From Raillietiella orientalis (Eukaryota), in contig JAYWIR010000022.1 of assembly GCA_036172245.1 (NCBI GenBank), positions 682,001 through 746,000 on the forward strand: a stretch of DNA of 64,000 bases, read 5' to 3'. The notes beneath the pieces were generated by a model that saw only the letters and a list, made by a program, of their open reading frames with translations, was not told the origin of the DNA and searched no databases. A program made the position numbers and the translations under genes. Below are positions 60,332-64,000 of the stretch, piece after piece. How positions within the stretch are numbered: the first letter of the stretch is position 1; the number at the start of each line of letters is the position of its first letter.

Positions 60332-61669
60332 GTACCAATGGGGCTTTCAGTCGCCACGTGCGGTCAGCAGGTTTGACGCACTCCAGGGTTTCCTGCAGGG
60401 AAGCGCTCCCCCCCCCCTTCCCCCCTCCGTCAGAGGGCGCACAGCTGAGGTCCATCGGAAACCTATCCTGAGCGCCGCTGTTCCGAACCATCGCTCACAG
60501 TAGCGACTGGGCGTAAATTCCCTCTTGATCCCTGGCTGTCTGATCCTCTTGGAACCGACAGGATCCCTGGCGACTCACGACTGCGTACCATTCAGGGCAG
60601 CCGGTAGCCCATGGCGCTGCGCCTAGGGCAATGCGGAGCACTCCCCGAGCACTCTGGGAGATCTCGACCGCTTTTTCCTCGGGTGCTGTGGAAAAGGAGG
60701 AGGAGCGAGGCGTTCCTTGAACTCGTCGATTCCAAGTTCCTGCGGTCCCATCTCAGAGCCCCTACTCTGTTGTATCGCCTGACACCTTTCCTCCGTTGGG
60801 AACATTGCATAGGGTCGCGTGCATCTATGGCATGGAATGCAGGACCACAGTTTCAGAGTGAAGAGGTCTTAAAGGAGCTGCGAAACGCTCCCCGCTGACG
60901 CGAATTGGTTGGACAGGACTTCCTTCGTGCAGAGGAGCTGCAGCTTCCTTGATCACATCTAGCCACGCTTCCTTACGGTGGTGGAAACATCAGCGTTCCT
61001 CTCCCCTACTGATTTTCTGCTCCCCCTCCCCTATGTGGAACGATACTATAATGAGTGACTCATTTCAGTCCATTTCCTACGCTTTCTGCTGCCCACGGGA
61101 GGGGAGCAACCACTTCCTTGAAGCTCTCCTGTTATTCCCCTTTGCCTATTCGAATTCGACTTTCACTCGATACTGAAAAGCTTAGAATAGTAGTCGGTGA
61201 CGTAGCATTCCATTACATTTAAAAGGGAGCTCGCTGTTCCAACCTTCATGAATCAGAGCCCTCGGGAAATACAGAGGTGAAAGGAAAGTCTGAGTATCGT
61301 CTGAAGACAGATCTTCTCATCATTTTACCCCATTCTCAAGTTCCACTTTTATTCAGAGGGAGCTTCGCTCTCTTCTGCGCCAAGTTGACAACGCATTTGC
61401 CCTGAATCCTAACTGGAAGTAAAAGGGAACAGCAATGGGTCGAGGAACATCCTGAACGAGGAAAGGAAACATGGAATGGCTCCTAGCCCCCAGGCAGAGC
61501 ACCAGAAGGAATACCAGAGCTTCGAGGATTGCAAGCCCATCCACGATGCAGGTCTTCACCTCCCTTCCGTCCGATCACCAGCTGGAAAGCCGATCGAACA
61601 CTGATCTTTCAATCGTCACCAGAAAGGGGGTGCTTTCAAATCGACTCTGCACCAAGAGGCACGACGGAT

Positions 61670-61749
61670 ACTCGGGGGCGATTTCCCCAGGATCAGCACT
61701 GTGCATCCCTGCTCTCCTGTGACGGCAGGAGATCCAGGGGAACGCGAGG
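61670..61749 (-). repeat. 80-bp dispersed repeat, partner of 53588-53667
   Basis: See partner. Confidence 0.9.
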
Positions 61750-64000
61750 AGGGACAAGGCCTCTCGCGAAAGGGGACGGCATCGGGTTCGCGCGGGCGGC
61801 GTTCTTCTGCAAGACCCGGACATTTCTTCCGGTGAGTGCGAGCCGTCCCAGAAAGACGATGGTGCCGTCGCAGGTCCAACTCAGCCGGTGCATCTGGAAC
61901 ATCCTTCCTTCCTTCTCGCGACCGAGCGCGGACGGTCGAGAGTCGCTCCACGAGGAGATTGCCTTCAGACCAAAGCGCCCGAGGAAGAAGGAAGGAAAAC
62001 TTCCCCGTCAGCGGGAAACCTCCCTGGTGCCCAGCAGCAATTGGAGGAGATAAAACTGCCCGGCCGAGCCCCCGAAATATCGTTATCTGTTGGGGTTACG
62101 GAAGCAACTGCACATCTCGGGCGAATCTCCTGGTCCTCATGGAAATGTTGTGGTAATGCTGCAGTCAGCAGACGACTTCGGAAAAAGTTCAGCACCTTCT
62201 TCACCGAGGTCGTGGCATGAAGGCCACAAATGGATTCACTAAAGTGCAGAAACAATCGTCAGCTGCCACCAGTCGCCGATCCAGATTGGATGCTTCTTGA
62301 ACAAGCGTGACTGACGCTGATGACTTTTTTTTACCATGTGACGATCAGTGCTTAAGAAGAGCTCGGATGTCCTCTGGAAAATCAGAAACAGGGCACTGCT
62401 TGAAGAAAGCTTCTCACCTTCCTCAATCGGTTGGGACTACCAGGAGTTTTGCCACTCTTCGAGCTTTGAGATCCTCCCCTTCCATCAACTCAGACGTCAT
62501 TTCCTGAGCCCATCGGCAGAGTGAGTGATGGATTCTTGCTGTTCTTTGAGGGCGCTACTGTTCATTGCCTCTCCAAATCCTTCTACGAACGTAGTTCTGA
62601 CTGTTTACAAAATATTCAGCTTACATCGGATATCGAGAAGAACTGATACCATCTGTTACCTCTTTTTTTTTTTTTTTCTTCCTCATTATTTGTATCATCA
62701 ACACTCATTCCGGCATCGCGCAACTGTGGAGAGAGCCCAGCGAACGACTTGCATGGGTAAATGCAACAGCTCCGATGTTTGCCGCCAGCTGATTATCATA
62801 TCAGTCTTGTTTGCCGAGTAGGGATCAGGATTTATAGGGAAGAAGGGGCGCGACCGCTCATTTTCCTTCCTCCTGTACAAAATCACAGGGCAGGAATTTT
62901 CCTTACGTGTGGCTTTTTGTTTTCGTACGGACACGACGGACACGTCCGCTGCTTTCGTCTCCACCCGAGCTTCCGTGTGTTCCCTTTGGCCCATCGGATC
63001 TCCCTCTAGAAGGCCAAGGACTCCCGCTTTCGTTCGGAATTCAGAGGTGGCCGGTCGGTCGGTCGGGTTCTGCGCAACCCTCTCTGACACATAGGATTTG
63101 TGCTCGATTCCTCCCCTTTCCACGTGTTTTCCAGACAATTCGGAACTGTTGCTGTCGTGGAGTTTCACCACTTTCCACGTGGCGCCAACACGCATCCTTC
63201 GAACTGTGCGCTCTCAACCCTTCTGGCCCAACCTCGTCCCGGGTCAGGAGCCAATTCGTATAAATAACGATCTCTCTGGTTGAATGATCGTATGGGGAAC
63301 TTTCCATGCGACTTCTCTTTCTGAACGATGTTTCAGGTTCTGGCTGTTAATGAGAAGTCTCATATGGGTTTTCATATGGAACTTCCGATGGATGCTGCGG
63401 GCACCGATATTTACCAAGCGTAGCTTCTGGCAGCTGTTCGTCAAATTTATCCTTTCTTTCTTATTGATATTCTTGAATCAACTGGTTGACATAACGCATC
63501 CTCTTCCAATCCCAAACGGAGATGCGACCTAACAAATGTTCAGGAAGACCTTCATGGCTGATGAGTTTTTACTGATTGCAGTTAAGTATGTTAGGTCGTC
63601 AGCCTTGGTCACCAGCATTTGGTTATAAACGACTGATCGTTGTTCTGTCTGAAAATAAAAATCAACCCCTCCTCCTTTGATTGATTTGAAAAGATGGCAT
63701 CACAGTAAAGGCTTAGGTTTTCGATCCAAAGGATTCGACTCTGGGATTGGTGTCAATCTCTTCAGGTAAAAGATCGGGGACTATTACGGGCTTCATGCAA
63801 TCAACAGCCGTTGTGCAGGTCAATCACAAGGATGGCAGAAACTGCGCCTTCCTCTTTTCTCAAACTTGCTGGAACCTATCTGTCTTCTATAGAGGAATTT
63901 CAACACATTACACGCGACAACTTCGGAGGCTCTGGGCAGATTGCAACGCAGCCTTCTTTGATCATGTGAGGAAGTTCAGAATCTTCTTCACCGAGTTCTT

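Noticed and set aside
1..64000. CRISPR arrays, tRNA/rRNA genes, prokaryotic defence or retron-type systems, alternative genetic code
   Set aside because: There are no regularly spaced repeats and no cloverleaf or rRNA signatures. The RT is clearly non-LTR type. Frames are broken by all three stop codons as well as frameshifts, which fits decay rather than recoding.

Overview
This is eukaryotic-looking nuclear DNA. I see no operons, rRNA, tRNA or CRISPR array, and no intact gene I can name. I cannot determine the host; the LINE type would fit a plant or green-lineage genome, but that is inference. The window is dominated by decayed mobile DNA. (1) At least 14 fragments belong to one L1/Tx1-like non-LTR retrotransposon lineage, in two subfamilies that I call A and B. 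Most are 3' ends carrying the zf-RVT zinc-binding domain. One copy reaches into the RT domain (about 47.6-49.5 kb), and a separate ORF1 double zinc-knuckle remnant lies at about 24.1-24.5 kb. (2) A very young, near-perfect 2,139-bp inverted duplication (28111-30249 / 43517-45655) encloses 13.3 kb. (3) Several stop-interrupted reading frames of unknown identity and a few short dispersed repeats are present. The most interesting signal is in the LINE 3' UTRs: an invariant CCTGCGTG motif in a hairpin loop shared by both subfamilies, plus subfamily-specific terminal hairpins whose sequence changes while pairing is kept. This suggests structure-based (stringent) RNA recognition. All alignments were done by eye, and boundaries of decayed copies are approximate (tens of bp). 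Most ORFs in the supplied track are probably spurious.
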